Source: Sphyrna mokarran (taxonomy: Eukaryota). From it: a stretch of 64,000 bases of DNA. Below, one piece after another: positions 12,155-25,696 of this stretch. How positions within the stretch are numbered: the stretch's first letter is position 1; each line of letters begins with the position of its first letter. The notes below the pieces were generated by a model, which was not told the origin of the DNA, ran no database searches, and saw only the letters and a list, made by a program, of their open reading frames with translations. The position numbers were made by a program, and so were the translations under genes. Location: NCBI GenBank assembly GCA_024679065.1, contig JAGIQG010000002.1, positions 134,416,001 through 134,480,000 on the forward strand. Reading direction: 5' to 3'.

Positions 12155-12500
12155 ATCAGTCGCCTGACTGGCATACCGTAAGACATCTCCAACTCCATTC
12201 CCTTCAAACTGATGCACAGTAACAGCACTGTGTACCTTCTACAAGATGCACTGCAGCAAATCAACAAGACTCCTTCGAAAGCACCTTCCAAAACCAAGGC
12301 CTCGACCCCTTAGAAAGACAAGTGCAGCACATCAAAACCCTGGAACTCACTCTCAAACAGCATTGTGGGTGTACCTACACAACATGGAGACAGCAATTCA
12401 AGAAGGCAGTCATCACCACTTTCCAAGAGTAATTAGCAAAGAGCAACATAAATACTGGCCTCACCAGTGATGCCCAACAATTCCAGTGCAAGAATGAAAT
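12155..12500 (+). mobile_element. 3' part of the family-B LINE
   Basis: GATGCACTGCAGCAA..AAGCACCTTCCAAAACC and tail ATAAATACTGGCC..GATGCCCA, homologous to 18965-19260. Confidence 0.75.
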
Positions 12501-13569
12501 TTAAATTAATTCCTGCTTCCAATAGCTGTTGAGCTACCTCGCTTTCAGAGTTAATTTCAGTCTTGCCATTATTGAAATGCAAAGACTCTGATTTGGCCCT
12601 GACTTGGATGTTTGGAAGATAGAGTTATAGTTATAGATTCAGGAGTGACAGTAAAGAGGTAATAGATATGAAACTTTCTAGTTTTAGGAAAGAGAAGAAA
12701 AAAAAAGTGAATGCCAAGCTATTCTTTCTGATCCTTGAAATAATAAACACATAACAAAGAAGATCAAGTTCTCCATCACCTATTGTTCCACTTTCCTCTA
12801 ATTTGCCTCACTCCAAAATATCTTGTCTCCCCATTTCTACTTTTATCTCTCTTCTGAATTAACTCCTGAAAATGAAAAGGTAAGAACGGGAAATCGAAAA
12901 GCAAGTTATCTACAAGAACATGTGCGTGTCCGCTTGTAACCAATTCAGAAACAGATTGGAGTCTGGTCACCTGCCTGCTCCGTCAGCCACAGCCACTACA
13001 TGGCCGAGGAATTTCATACCCTTTTAAAAAAAATAAATGAACATTTGAAAGCAAAATATTTACTTTGCAAATTCTCCTCACAGACACAGACAATGCTCCT
13101 TTTCTATCTCGAAAACCACCTGAATATATTCGAGTGCAGTTTTATACAAGAATAATACCTCTAGAAATGTTAAATGAATTAACTCTTGAAAGTGCTTCTT
13201 AATGTGCAGTTTGTTTCTTAAAAGATTCTAAGTTCAATTGGCATTGCTCCAAACTTCCATTCTGTGAATGCCACTTCTGACCAGCTAGAAGTTTAGGGCA
13301 AGCTAATGAGATACACTTTTATAGCATTAAGTATCAAGTCATCCAAGTGGCTTCTGTGATGAAAAGTAATTGAACAAAGCACTGATTGATCTAAATAATT
13401 CAAAGCCAATCTTAAATTCTCATATTTATGCTAATAGTACCTTGTTCCACTCATCCAAAGTTCTCTCCCCCTACAAACACATCAAGAATGTTGGATTGCC
13501 TATTGAATCTGTAAATCTGGCTAAAACCACATACCATAAACTCTATGTCCTTGCTATATCCCTATATTT

Positions 13570-14150
13570 CCTGCAATTGTGGACGAGGTGCCAATCAAGC
13601 AGACTATTTTGTCCTGGATGGTGTCATTTTCCTTGAGTGTTTTTGGAGCTGCACTCATCCAGGCAAGATGACACTATTCCAGACTTGTGCCTTGAGAGTG
13701 GAAAGGCTTTGGGGAGTTAAGACGCAAGTTACTCATTGCAGGCTTCTTAGCCTGACTTACTTTTCTGGTCACTATTTATTTGGCTAGTCCGATTAAGCTT
13801 CTGATCAATGATAATGGCCAGAATATTGATGGTGGGGAATTCAGTGATGGTAATGCCATTGAATGTCATGGGACAATGGCTAGATTCACTCTTTTTGGAG
13901 ACAATCATAGCCTGGCAACATTTGCGCACTTGTACGGCGCAAATGTTACTTCCACTTGTCAGCCCAAGCCTGAATATTGCTCAAGTCTCGTGGCATTTGG
14001 ATGGACTGCTTCAGGATCTGAGTCGTCGCAAATAGTGCAAAACATTCTGCAATCATCAGCGTACATCCCCACTTTTGACCTTATGATGGAAGGAAGATCA
14101 TTGAAGTAGCTGAAGATGATTGGGCTTTAGACACTACTCTGCAAAACTTC
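13570..14150 (-). mobile_element. Family-B LINE fragment
   Basis: Reverse complement of the 10070-10570 region (MYADD-like motif; KCQAMI.S.K.ES.H.PMTFNGITITE). Confidence 0.75.
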
Positions 14151-14208
14151 TACAGTGCTTCATTTCACCTTTCATGCCATAATCCTCTGCAAAACGTTAC
14201 TGTCTTAT

Positions 14209-14370
14209 AAAAGCAAAATACTGCAGATGTTGGAAATCTGAAATTTAAAAAAAAATTGCAGGAAATGTTCAGCAGATCAGGATAGATCTGTGGAGAGAAA
14301 CAAAATTACCATTTCAACCCTTCGTCAGAACTGATCATGCCTGAAACATTAACTTTTTACTCTCTTCAAT
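14209..14370. mobile_element. Penelope-like pseudo-LTR (type 2), inverted pair, degenerate
   Basis: Minus arm AAAGCAAAATACTGCAGATGTTGGAAATCTGAAA...CCCTTCGTCAGAA (core CTGACGAAGGG on minus), then a plus-arm stub TGAAACATTAACT..CTCTC. Confidence 0.65.
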
Positions 14371-14964
14371 CCTGGTCATTCCACTAAGTATGGCTACCAT
14401 CTTCATTCTCTCAAGGCCAAAAGGCACAAATACAAATGTATTTGACATTCAGCTAGCTTAGTCATCTACTACCAGATCTGGATGGATTATTTCACTTGCA
14501 TTTTGAGATATTGGATGGTTGTGAAAATGCTGGTTAAATACAAGTCTTTCTTTTCTTACTTTAGTAACAGATATCAAATGACCATGACTGTTCCAGAGTC
14601 TGCTTGAAAAATAAAGATAACTCCTTGTCTTTTATTCTTTGCCATCAATCATCCTTTTAAATTCTTCCTCTCCAACAAGGAAACTCTGCTGATGGTTTGT
14701 AAAACTGAGACGATCTGCTCAGTTGCTTCTGTTAATTCCCTCGCTTTCTTTTGCCATTAATTAATTTTTTCCCTCATATCCACAATCATGCAGGTCAAGC
14801 CCCAAAAATATTTCACTCTCCAGTTTTCTCCACCATCTTGTCAAACGTTATTTCCAAGCTCGTCTCATCCACAAGACCTCCCCATTCTCGCTTAGTGCCA
14901 TTCCCACCAAATTGACATTCACTGCTTTCTTTCACATTAAAAACTATTTACAATGTCAGCTAAA

Positions 14965-15237
14965 GTTTAAAGTTCATTTATTAGTGTCACAAGCAGGCTT
15001 ACATTAACGCTGCAATGAAGTTATTGTGAAAATCCCCTAGTTGCTGCACTCTGGCGTCTGTTCAGGTACACTAAGGGAGAATTTAGCATGGCCAATGCAT
15101 CTAACCAGATATCTTTCAGACTGTGGGAGGAAACCCTCCCAGACATAGGGAGAACTGCGCAGACTCCAGATAGTGACCCAAGCCAGAAATCGAACCTGCG
15201 TCCTTGGGGTTGTGATGCAGCAATGTTAACCACTGCG
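14965..15237 (-). mobile_element. HE1-like SINE with an alternative 3' tail
   Basis: tRNA-like head GGTTCGATTTC. Tail CTAGGGGATTTTCACAATAACTTCATTGCAG..GACACTAATAAATGAACTTT, shared with the copies at 20642 and 47768. Confidence 0.85.
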
Positions 15238-16894
15238 TCAGCTTACAGTTTCCTCTCCACTACTGCTCAAAACTAGAATCATTACCTGCTCCTTGAAAAA
15301 CTCTTTACCTCTTGTCTGCAAACTACGGCCCACTTCCGCAAAGTTATTCAATGTGTTGTCACCTCCAAAATCAATACCCAAATTTGCCACATATCTTGCA
15401 ATCAGATTTCAATCCCTGTAAGACACTGACCAGCCAGGATTCATTCCCATGATTGTGGCCCCTCCTCAAACGTTCTGCAGTCTTTATCACAATCAATAAA
15501 ATGCCTCCACCAAAATCCAGAAATAAACATCATCTAAGGAGAAATTTCTATTCATAGTAATAAGATTCTGTTTTGTTGGCGCATTGGTTTGATTGCTTTC
15601 ATTTTAATCTTGAAATATTGGCCCTAAAATTCAATTTCTGTACATGGTTCTGAATTCTGAAGCATTTGAAGAAGTAGATTGTCTGAATCAATGGGTTTTA
15701 TTTATGCAGGTGAAATATATTTTAAGATGCATTCTTATGACATAACAGGCAAAGTTTTGCTCATCTGGTTGATTTTTTTGTAAGAGTAAAGCTGCTGGGG
15801 GATTGGGGGTAGTGAGAATGACGACAAAAGGAAACAGGAATTATTTCAAGAAAGCAGTTCGTACTAGTCATTTTACATTCTTATATATGTGAACATATGG
15901 CCTCATCAATGCGAGTGGTATTAAAAGAGAGCCTCTAATACTGCTGAGGAGGTAAAAACAATTATTGAACTAAGCATACCAGAGTTTATGTCAACGTTAG
16001 CATACACGGGATGTATTTATTTTAATGTTCAAAGAAGGGATTGAGGCTTCATTTTTCAGTAGATATCAGCAGAATGTTGACATAAACGCACTCAACGTAT
16101 GTGGGCAAGATTGCTGTTGTTCTAGCATTGCTACTCATAGACTTACTAAACATTTTGAATATAAAGCTGAAATTAATCATAATATTAGTATGAATGTTCT
16201 TTTAAGGACTGTCTGATACCAGAACTAGATTTGTGAATCTATAAAGCCATGCATACATTTTTATTTTGCATAAGTGACAATGCGGTCCAATACCAAGCAA
16301 AGAACAATACCCTCCATCCATGTTTTAAATGGAGTTTTAATCTAACTAGCAAATTTCTTTTTTTTCCCCTCACCATAATAAAATCTCAAGTTTCACAACA
16401 ACAATTGCAGACACTAGCCCCTCTCAGCTCCAGAGTACAACACAGCCGTGGTCAAAATATAAAAAAAAATTTAAATTCTAAAAGAGGCATGAAAGTGACT
16501 CTCCTTGACATCAAAGCAGCTTTTCATCAAGTTGTCATCAAGAAGCCCTAGCAAAATTAAAGACAATGGAAATAAGAAGAAAAATTATCCACTGGAGGCA
16601 CTCATAACTAGCACAAAGGAAGATGGTCATGGCTGTTGGAGCTAATCATCCCAGTCGGAGTTCCTAGTGTCCTAAACCCAATCACTTTCAATTGTTTTAT
16701 TAAGGACCTTTCCTCTATTAAAGTCAGAAGTGGGGATTCTTTGCCGAGCATTATAAAGGGTTCAGCACTATTCGCAACTACTCAGATTCTGAAGCAGTCT
16801 CAGCCTTCCTGCAGCAAGATTTGAATAGCATTCACTCTTGAATTGATAAGCCGCCCAAATCTCTGGAATTCCCTTTCTAAATCACTTTGCCCTT

Positions 16895-17172
16895 CACGGT
16901 AGCACAATGGTTAGCATTACTGCCTCATAGCGCCAGGGACCTGGGTTCAATTACGGCCTCGGGTGATTGTGTGGAGTTTGTAAATTCCTCCAGTTTCCTC
17001 CCACACTCCAAAGATGTGAGGGTTAGGTTGATTGCCTATGCTAAATTGCCCATTAGTGTCAAGGGAATTGGCTTTGGCGGTTACGGAGATGGGGCCTAGG
17101 TGGGATTATTGTCTGTGCAGACTTGATGGGCTGTATGGCCTTCTTCTGCACTATAGGAATTTTATGATTCTA
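16895..17172 (+). mobile_element. HE1/V-SINE-like SINE
   Basis: Head CACGGTAGCACAATGGTTAGC..GGTTCAATT, central domain, and TATGATTCTA tail. Confidence 0.85.
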
Positions 17173-17445
17173 CCTTATTTTATTCTGGATCCTTAAGAAG
17201 GAAAGTATCTCTCGTTAACAGTCATTTGCTATATCTCCATACGTTGCTCAGCTCCTGCGAAGTATCTGGGATATGTTATTGTGCCAGGAATGCTAAATTA
17301 AGACAAGTTATTATTGCATTGAGATGTAAGTTTTAATATCTATCATTTAAAGAATGAACAGATTTTCAGAAGCAAAATTAGAGAAGGACAATGGCATCGA
17401 CATATTACAATGAACCATTATTTATTCATGAAGTATTATACTGAC

Positions 17446-17548
17446 CTTATATATCTTTTCTGGTCATGCAAAGTTGATGGCATCTCGAGTAATTTGTTCA
17501 TCAGCAGTTTCCTCAGTGCATCGATACGTGTTTCTACTTCAGCATAAA
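17446..17548 (-). CDS. EXOC2: EXOC2 coding exon (103 nt; equivalent to human exon 10)
   Basis: Translates [35 protein letters not shown]. Acceptor TTCTCTGCACCAG, donor GTCAGT. Confidence 0.98.
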
Positions 17549-17974
17549 CTGGTGCAGAGAAGAAAAGGGTAATATTTTTTAAAAGGTTACTATCAATAAG
17601 CCAAGCTATAAATTAGCAAAGCAGAACTGAAATCAATTTTGTGTAAGAGCATTACTGGAATACCATTATCCCAAGAGTGTAAACGTTCAAGGTGGCACAT
17701 TGTCAATTTAGAGATGGTTAAAGATGAATAATAAATACAGCTTTTCCAGTGTTGACCACATCCCAATAACAAAAAATACATTACCTAGTCACTGTATTAA
17801 CATTCTGATTAACATGCAAAATACAACTTTATATACATGAAATTATTATATAAATACCTCAATCCATTCTTGTTAAAATACTTCACATTACTTTACATTA
17901 TAAAAAAGTTAATTTGTCCTAAACTATCATTAATCTTTTTAAGTAGAGCAAAACATCAGTTAAAACAACACATC

Positions 17975-18283
17975 AGTGCTTAGCATTGCTGCCACACAGC
18001 GCCAGGGACCAGGGTTAGATTCGAGCCTTAGGTGACAGTCATGTGAAGTTTGCATGTTCCCACTGTGTCTGTGTGGGTTTCCTCCAGATGCTCCAGTTTC
18101 CTCCCGCACTCCAAAGATGGGCAGGTTAGATGGGTTGGCCATGCTAAATTGCCCCTTCGTATCCCAAGATGCGTAAGTTACGGGGATAGTACGGGCCTGA
18201 GTAAGGTGCTTTGTTGGAGAGTCGTTGCAGACTCAATAAACCAAATGGTGGTTTCCTGCATTGTAGAAGTTCTATGATTCTAT
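17975..18283 (+). mobile_element. HE1/V-SINE-like SINE
   Basis: CAGCGCCAGGGACCAGGGTT head, V-domain-like core, and TTCTATGATTCTATGA tail. Confidence 0.85.
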
Positions 18284-18754
18284 GAAAACTCATCTGTGGA
18301 CTCTTCTTCCACACATCCACGAATGTCCTAATGCTCACAGCTAAGGGAATGTATCGTGTCAACCAGCCTTATGCTCAATGTCCAAGCATAATTTACATTT
18401 CAAACTCAAACAACAATTCTGAATTTCTACAAATGTTTGACAGACTGTCTTATTTTCAAAGTATAGAATTGCATTAGTCAGAGTCTTAGCAACTGACAGG
18501 ATAAATTGATTAAAAACATCCAAATCAAATTAGAAACATCCAAGTCAAATAATCAGGAACTTATACCAATAAATTAATATTTTCATGACAAACTCTGATA
18601 TGTACAAATACTGCAACGGTTATTAATGAAACAATGAGTACCTGTGAAAAATCTAAAGGCCCATCCACAATGCGTCAGGCCTCCTCTAATGAGGTGCTGT
18701 AATTTTTTACAAGAAATTGAGAAAATGACTTTTGTTATTTATCACAGAGGAGGT

Positions 18755-19262
18755 CACAGGCGAGGAATACTGTGGCGAGTAACTCCCTCCAGACTCCCCA
18801 AAGCCTGGCCACCATCTGCAAGGCACAAGTTAAGAGTGTGATAGAATGCTTCCCACTTGCCTGGATGGGTGCGGCTCCAACAACACTCAAGAAGCTTGAC
18901 ACCATCCAGGACAAAGCAGGCTGCTTAAGTGACACCACATCCACAAACATCTACTCCCTCCACCACCAGCACTGCAGCAATGCACCAAAGATCCTTAGAC
19001 AGCACCTTCTAACCCACACCCACTTCCACCTAGGAAGATAAGGACAGCAGATAAATTGGAACACCACCATCAGCAAGTTCCTTTCCTAGCCACTCACTAT
19101 CCCGATTGGAATTCCCTCCCTAACGACATTGTGGGTCAACTCACAGCACGTGGACTGCAGCAATTCAAGAAGCATATCACTGTCATCTTCTTAAGACAAT
19201 TTGGGATGGGCCATAAATGCTGGCCAGCCAGCAACACCTATGTCCCACGAATGAATAAAAAT
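18755..19262 (+). mobile_element. Family-B LINE 3' end
   Basis: Peptide TPQSLATICKAQVKSVIECFPLAWMGAAPTTLKKLDTIQDKA. Tail ATAAATGCTGGCCAGCCAGC..GAATGAATAAAA. Confidence 0.8.
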
Positions 19263-20476
19263 ATATGATTTTCCTTTTGTTTCATTCCACACTTCCTCTC
19301 AACCGCTCAAGCAATGTTGGGAAATTACACAAAATAGCTGAAGACACAAACATACAGTTTGCCTCTGTAAGCCATGATGCACAAAACGGCCCATGATGTA
19401 CTAACCGAGCCATATATTTTTAGGAGAGAATTTCTTATTCTTGATTCCTGCCAATACTAAATTTATAAATATTAAATTTATAACTATTGAACCAAGCTGT
19501 AATGAAAGTTTTGAGGACCAATTTGTTTCATAAATCATTAGCAATCAGTTTGATCAGTAGCGGTGAACCAATCTTAAATCAAAAGGATATAGAGGTTTCC
19601 TATTGTAATGGCCTGTGTTTTTTTGGGGAGAAAACCTATATGTTATGTTGGGGTGATAGTCCTTTCAGAAACTAGAAGAGTCCTGGTAAAGCCTCCAGTA
19701 ATTGATCATATAACCACGTTGTTTGGGATATAACAATAGAACAGCAAAGAAACAACCAGAAATTAACTATCTGGGTGAATAGATTATGGATGTGATGCAT
19801 CTCAAACCAGGTTTTAAGGTGTGTTGGATAAAAGAGTTTAATACTTTTGTTAACTGAAGGATTTTAATGGTAAATTGAATTTCTAGGACGGCTTAGTTGA
19901 CAAGTGAGAATTTATTTACATGCAAGATGCCAAAGTTAAAGAACAATAGAACTAGAAAAGTTCTGACCCGACATAGCTATGCCTAAGATGCTAGCAATAC
20001 ATGTGTTAAAGAGGAGGTCTACAACTGAATGGTTGGAAAAGATTTGAACGGGCAGCCTTGCCAAGAACCAGTGGAAGGTCCACAAAATCTCAATCCTTAT
20101 TTGAATCTATGAAATAATCCTCAGAATAAGTGGTTCAACTTCCAATTTTTGGAAAACATTGAACTGGAGTTAATGGGTGAAGGAGGGGGTAGTTATTATT
20201 CATATTCAATGATTTTAGTACATTCCTGGATTTTCAGATTCCCAAATGGGAAAAAAAACACCTAAACATATCAGTGATCTCTACTAAGATGATAACAAAG
20301 GAGCAATTATTTGCAGAATCCTGCAAACACCGTTTTCTCAATCCCTTCGTGCATCTTAAAATCTCTCAAAGGAAACTTATAAATTTATTTCCTGCAGTTC
20401 AGAAATGTCAGCTCAGGATCAGGAAGAAAAACCAGCTAATTTTTCAACGGTTATAAACTACACCATCGTTATTTAT

Positions 20477-21110
20477 GGGGAAGGCGATGGCCTAGTGGTA
20501 TTATCGCTAGACTATTAATCTGGAAACTCAGTTCTGGAGACATAGGTCTGAATCCACCACAGCAGCTGGTGGAGTCTGAATTCAATAAAAAAATCTGAAA
20601 TCATTGTGTGTTATCAGAAAAACTCATCTGGTTTATTAAAGTGCAGCACGGTGGCACAGGGGTTAGCACTGTTGCCTCACAACACAAGGAATCCAGATTC
20701 AATTCTCAGCTTGGGTCACTGCCTGTGTGGGATTTGCACATTCTCACCATGTCTGCATGGGTTTCCGCAGGATGTTCCGATTTCCTCCCTCAGTCTGAAA
20801 GGTTAGATGAATTGGCCATGTTAAATTCTTCCTCAGTGTAACTGAACAAGCGCCAGAACGTGGTGTCTAGGGGATTTTCACAGTAACTTCATTGCATTGT
20901 GGGTAGAAGTTTACCTGTGACTAAACAAATAAACTTAAAAAAAAACTTTAATGTCCTTAAAGGAAGGAAATCTGCCATCCCTATCTGGTCTGGCTTACAT
21001 GTGACTCCACAGCCACAGCAATGTGATTTACACTCAGTTGAACAAGGGCAACTAGGGATAGGCAATAAATGCTGGCCAACCAGTGACACCCATATCTCAT
21101 GAATGGCTTT
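20477..21110 (+). mobile_element. tRNA-derived SINE with a family-B LINE tail, split by an HE1-like SINE (20642-20945)
   Basis: A-box TGGCCTAGTGG head. Tail AAGGGCAACTAGGGATAGGCAATAAATGCTGGCC matches 19200-19260. The inserted SINE starts GCAGCACGGTGGCACAG. Confidence 0.8.
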
Positions 21111-22873
21111 TAAAAAAATTAAGCCAGCATTTGCAAATGTAAAGCAGAGTTCCTTTAAGTAGCAAAACATTAGGAACCTCTTGCAACACTATATAAAAGT
21201 TAGTGAATCGTATGAGAAATTGAGGAATGCACTCCTTGAATTTAATAATTTCATTGCTCTTGTTCTACATCTACAGAGTGAACCCATTTTGGATAGAGAC
21301 TGTGATGCTATGAGGGGCCACTCTTAAGGGGCACTAAGACATCTCTTCTATCTCAGCACCAGAAAAGAAGTCAAGTAGGATTGTTATTATCTTTATAATT
21401 ATCAATTGTTTTTCTTATCCAGCTTCCTCCTGAAGCTGTTAATTGTCCATGAAATAACTGGCTTCCTCAAGGAAGTCTGTTTCACACATCCAATCATCTT
21501 ACCTCACTCATTAATCTGAAAGCACTGCCCACTAATCCAAAACTCATCATTCAAGTTAAATGGTTTTCCTACTTCAATTTGTTTAAACAAAGAATGATTT
21601 ATATATTATAACCAATTCCACCTGGAATTCCAGCCATGGGTGAATATTAGGAGATACTCCATATCGCTCAAAGATATATTCTATTGAGGAAGAATGGTTC
21701 TATGAGAAGAATGCGCAATTTGTGGCTAACTAATGCAGTTAAGGGTGCTGTCAAATTGAAAGAAAAGATATACAATGTTGTTAAGATTAGAGGTAGGCCA
21801 GAAAGTTGGGAACACTTTAGAAATCAGCAAAGGACAATAAAAAAAAGGCGGGAAAAATTTCAGTATGGAAGAAAACTAGAAACAGATTAGTAATTAAGCA
21901 CTATGATCTCCTTAGCTAATTTTGAACATCTTTGGAATTTTTTTCCTACCCTTTCTCATAAGCCTAAGTAGCTGCTAATTGACAAGAGCACTGAGGGGCA
22001 TATTAATACGTAAGACATAGGAGCAGCACTGGGCCATTCGGCCAATCAAGCCTGTTCCGCCATTCAATCATGGCTGATATTTTTCTCATCCCGTTCTCCT
22101 GCCTTTTCCCTTAAACCCTGATCCCAATGCATAATTAGAAATGACTGCGTTGGATGGACTAAAAGGTTTAGTTGGACTTTATCATCCATTTGTTATAGTG
22201 GATTTGAAATTTGCAAAGATTTTAAAATAAACTATTCAATGGTTTCACAATATTGAAGTATCCAGATGATCAGATTATGCCTTTGAGATGCCCCCATGAT
22301 TACAACCTCCAAATTTGGAATGTGAGTGATTTGCTCAAGAGTTCCATGCTGAAGAATGCATGTATTCACAATGACCTTCAGAAGGCTTGTTATGGGTAAA
22401 GAGCTTCACAGCAATGTTGATTTGATGACCAATGGTACAGACAAAGTCACGACAAAGTTTAACTAGTGCAGGATTGCCAGTACTATCCAAATAAAACCAC
22501 TATTCTTTATTATTGTGACTGATCAAAATCATTCTGAAAAACAGGTAACATGGTGTGTCTGTCAAATCAAAGTGATGGATGTCATCCAAAAATTCAGATG
22601 ACTGCAAGTTATAGATTCCCACCTAATATTTGTTAGATTAACATTAATTATGAACTTTTAATTGAGTTGCAATGCCAGCGAATCACATCTGAATTGGAAA
22701 TTTTGCCAGGAACACTGTTTAATGTAGTTTTTCCAAGTCCTAAGTTCTCAAATAAATGATATGTAAACAGTAAAAAGTTACAGTACATTCCAGATTTTTA
22801 CTATATTTTCAAACATGTTTGTTGCTAAATAGAATCTATTTCTTACAAATATAAGAATTACTGCTTCTCTTAC

Positions 22874-22955
22874 CCTTTTGGAACACACGAACTTCTGTTT
22901 TCCCAAACAGTGACTTAGCCTTTTCATAGTCATTTATAACTACATCATAATCGCC
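22874..22955 (-). CDS. EXOC2: EXOC2 coding exon (82 nt; equivalent to human exon 9), after a 132-nt intron
   Basis: Translates [27 protein letters not shown]. Acceptor TTTTTTTAAG, donor GTAAGA. Confidence 0.98.
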
Positions 22956-23087
22956 CTTAAAAAAAAGACAGATGCATCTCATAGAAATGTTGAATACCAA
23001 AAGTAATAATAGAAATAACAGAAGGAATGAGGAATCATAGAAATAAGTATTCTAGGTTTTTTTTATAAAGTGTTAATAATCATTTAC

Positions 23088-23233
23088 CTTTTGAATGTTC
23101 CTTTCGATATTAAGAGGAAGATTGAAGAGAAATTTAAAACGTTGAAGAACATTTAAGGCATTTCTTGTGGAGTCTGCTTTGTCTTTGCGTCCCAAGACTT
23201 CTTGGAACAGTGTATCTGCAGTATTGCTTGCTC
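23088..23233 (-). CDS. EXOC2: EXOC2 coding exon (146 nt; equivalent to human exon 8)
   Basis: Translates [49 protein letters not shown], essentially identical to the recalled human sequence. Acceptor TTTTCTTTCCAG, donor GTAAAT. Confidence 0.98.
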
Positions 23234-25615
23234 CTGGAAAGAAAAAAAAGATTTGTTATGTAAATGTAGTACTACAACCGAGAATGCCGCTGCCATCACA
23301 AGTGCCAATCACTGATACAAATCATCAGTCTGTTTTGTCAAAAGATTGATAGTCTCAATCAAACATATTTTAAATCAAGGGCTCCTGGGTAGTATTTACA
23401 TTGTAGCTTCAACCTCAATGCAGACCACTGTTCACAGCTGTAATACAAATGTAACTCAGCATCAGAATTAGGGCCAAATCTGACAGCAAGGCTGAAGTGA
23501 GACTTCAGCTGGACATGGAAGTTTCATTGTTTCACTTCACAACAGGTAAGGCCTTATTCTTAAACTCCACAGCAGTAGTTCAGTATTGTGAATCACTTCA
23601 CATCAATGCTAAACATTCAATGCAAGTGAAATTATAACAGTCTTACATGAGACTGTCAAAATAAAGGAGCAAACTTCATCTAATATCCTAAAATAGAAGG
23701 TGAATTCAATTAGCAGGTAAACTAGTAGAAAAAAACACTAGTAACTGTCTAGATCATGGACACATGCTGGGAGCTGTTTCACTTTCTATAAGAGGGGAGG
23801 TTTCGATGTTGAGGACTCTTGCTCAACTCGCTTTAAGGATTATTTTTATCTTATTCAAACATTTTATTTTATTTTACCATTGTGCACTGGCCTGCCAACT
23901 AACATTTTTATATTTGCACAGGCACACATCTCACTTCAAATATGAGAACAACAATCAGAATTGGAGTTTATAAATTGTAAAATATGCTGGTCATTGTTCA
24001 TGCATTTGCTTTCAAAATACTTCTGAATGTTCTTCCCCAATAGTCTTGGGGAAGAACTTTCACCAATTATTAATGCCTATTTTGCTTCCCTTTTAGTTTT
24101 TAACAAGAAAACAAACATTTAAATTTGGCAAAAACAAAAAAAAGTCTAAAATAGAGTTGTTGTTTAATGTTACCAAAATGGGATTGCATTATTTGGTCTG
24201 GTGACTATACTTTAAGCAAGATAGAAAAAAGCACATCGATCACACTGGGTGGCTTGCATGCCATTTTCTGCAGTCAGCTCCCTGGGTGGCCTACAGAAAT
24301 TAAATGTAGTCTGCTAAATACCCACATTCACATTTAGTTCCAATGTGTACATTGAGTATGAGATTTTTATGCATCAGCGTAAGCATTTCAGCGGGATTTA
24401 TTTCTCCATTACGGAATTTTAAAAAATCAACTTCACTGATAAGTTAGCTTTCTTATTTTATACCAATTGCAATATTATCCACTTTAAAGGAACCAGCTCA
24501 TTTATTCACGTTTATTTACTCAAGTTAAAGGAAAAGTACTTGTTTATTTACTGTACATTATCTTGATTCATTTCCCTTCCAGCAACTTGTAAGAATGTTA
24601 AAGAGATATATCAAATACAGTACTCGTATTTCAGTAATAAAATAGAAAACCTAGAGACCAGTCTGTACTTAAAATCCTGCTGCATTTCCATTTCAGATTT
24701 GCTCCATCTTAACCCGGATGATACTGAAAATTTCAGAAAAGAAATCTTTCTCACAATAAATATGCAAGATGGAAAAAGCTATTGACAATGTATGCTGTAC
24801 AAGTATGAGTGAGATTATTTTCATACTTAATTTTTAGCATATGCTGTATGACTAATAAATTGAGACCATTAAAAGTGCAATTTTACTATAAAATATGACT
24901 GTTATTAAGTTGATTATTTAATAATTTTTGCTTTTAAGATAAAATTAATTGAATTGTATTAGTTTCAACTGTGCTTCAGTTACACAGTTCCTATATCAAA
25001 TTTCTTATAAAATCACCACATTAAACACATATACACTCTTCCATTTCAGCAGCTCCAATGGCAAAGATACAAGTTTACTTACATTAGAGACTTGTAGCTG
25101 AAGCTGGATAGTTTCATTAAATCAGATCATTCATACTGCATACTGATGGAAAATTACTTTTATTGTGTAAAGTGACTCTCCTGACCTCCACATTTAAGAC
25201 ACCTACCATCACTGAAATAAATTATTCTTCATAAAACCTATCAATTTTCCAGTTTCCATACCTTCATATTCTTATATTAAATTGTACAACAACTATCACA
25301 CTTCAGTATGAGTTCAGTATAGACAATGTTAGTCTGTGCATACCTGGATGTATAAATACAATATCAAAAGTGACAAGTCATTGTCCATCTTTTTAAATGG
25401 GATACAGATGCTGCAAGCTTAAACCTGAGGCACACTTTTCCCATTGCAAAGATAAAAATATACAGTAACACAATTAGTATTCATTATCATATTGTAACTT
25501 GGATGTAGTTCAAAATGCCAAGATCACCGTCCGCTTACAAGCCTTTTAAGCAGTGATTCAGTTGTATTGAATAACTATTTCCATACATAGGTATCACTGG
25601 AAAAGCACAACTTAC

Positions 25616-25696
25616 TGTTAAGTACATTCTCCAATCTTTGCGTCATGGATCCTTCCACTTTTTCCGTCCCATCCACTTCCAGCTTTTGATGAATTG
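25616..25696 (-). CDS. EXOC2: EXOC2 coding exon (81 nt; equivalent to human exon 7); absent from the ORF track
   Basis: Translates [27 protein letters not shown]. Acceptor TTTTATTCCAG, donor GTAAGT. Confidence 0.98.
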
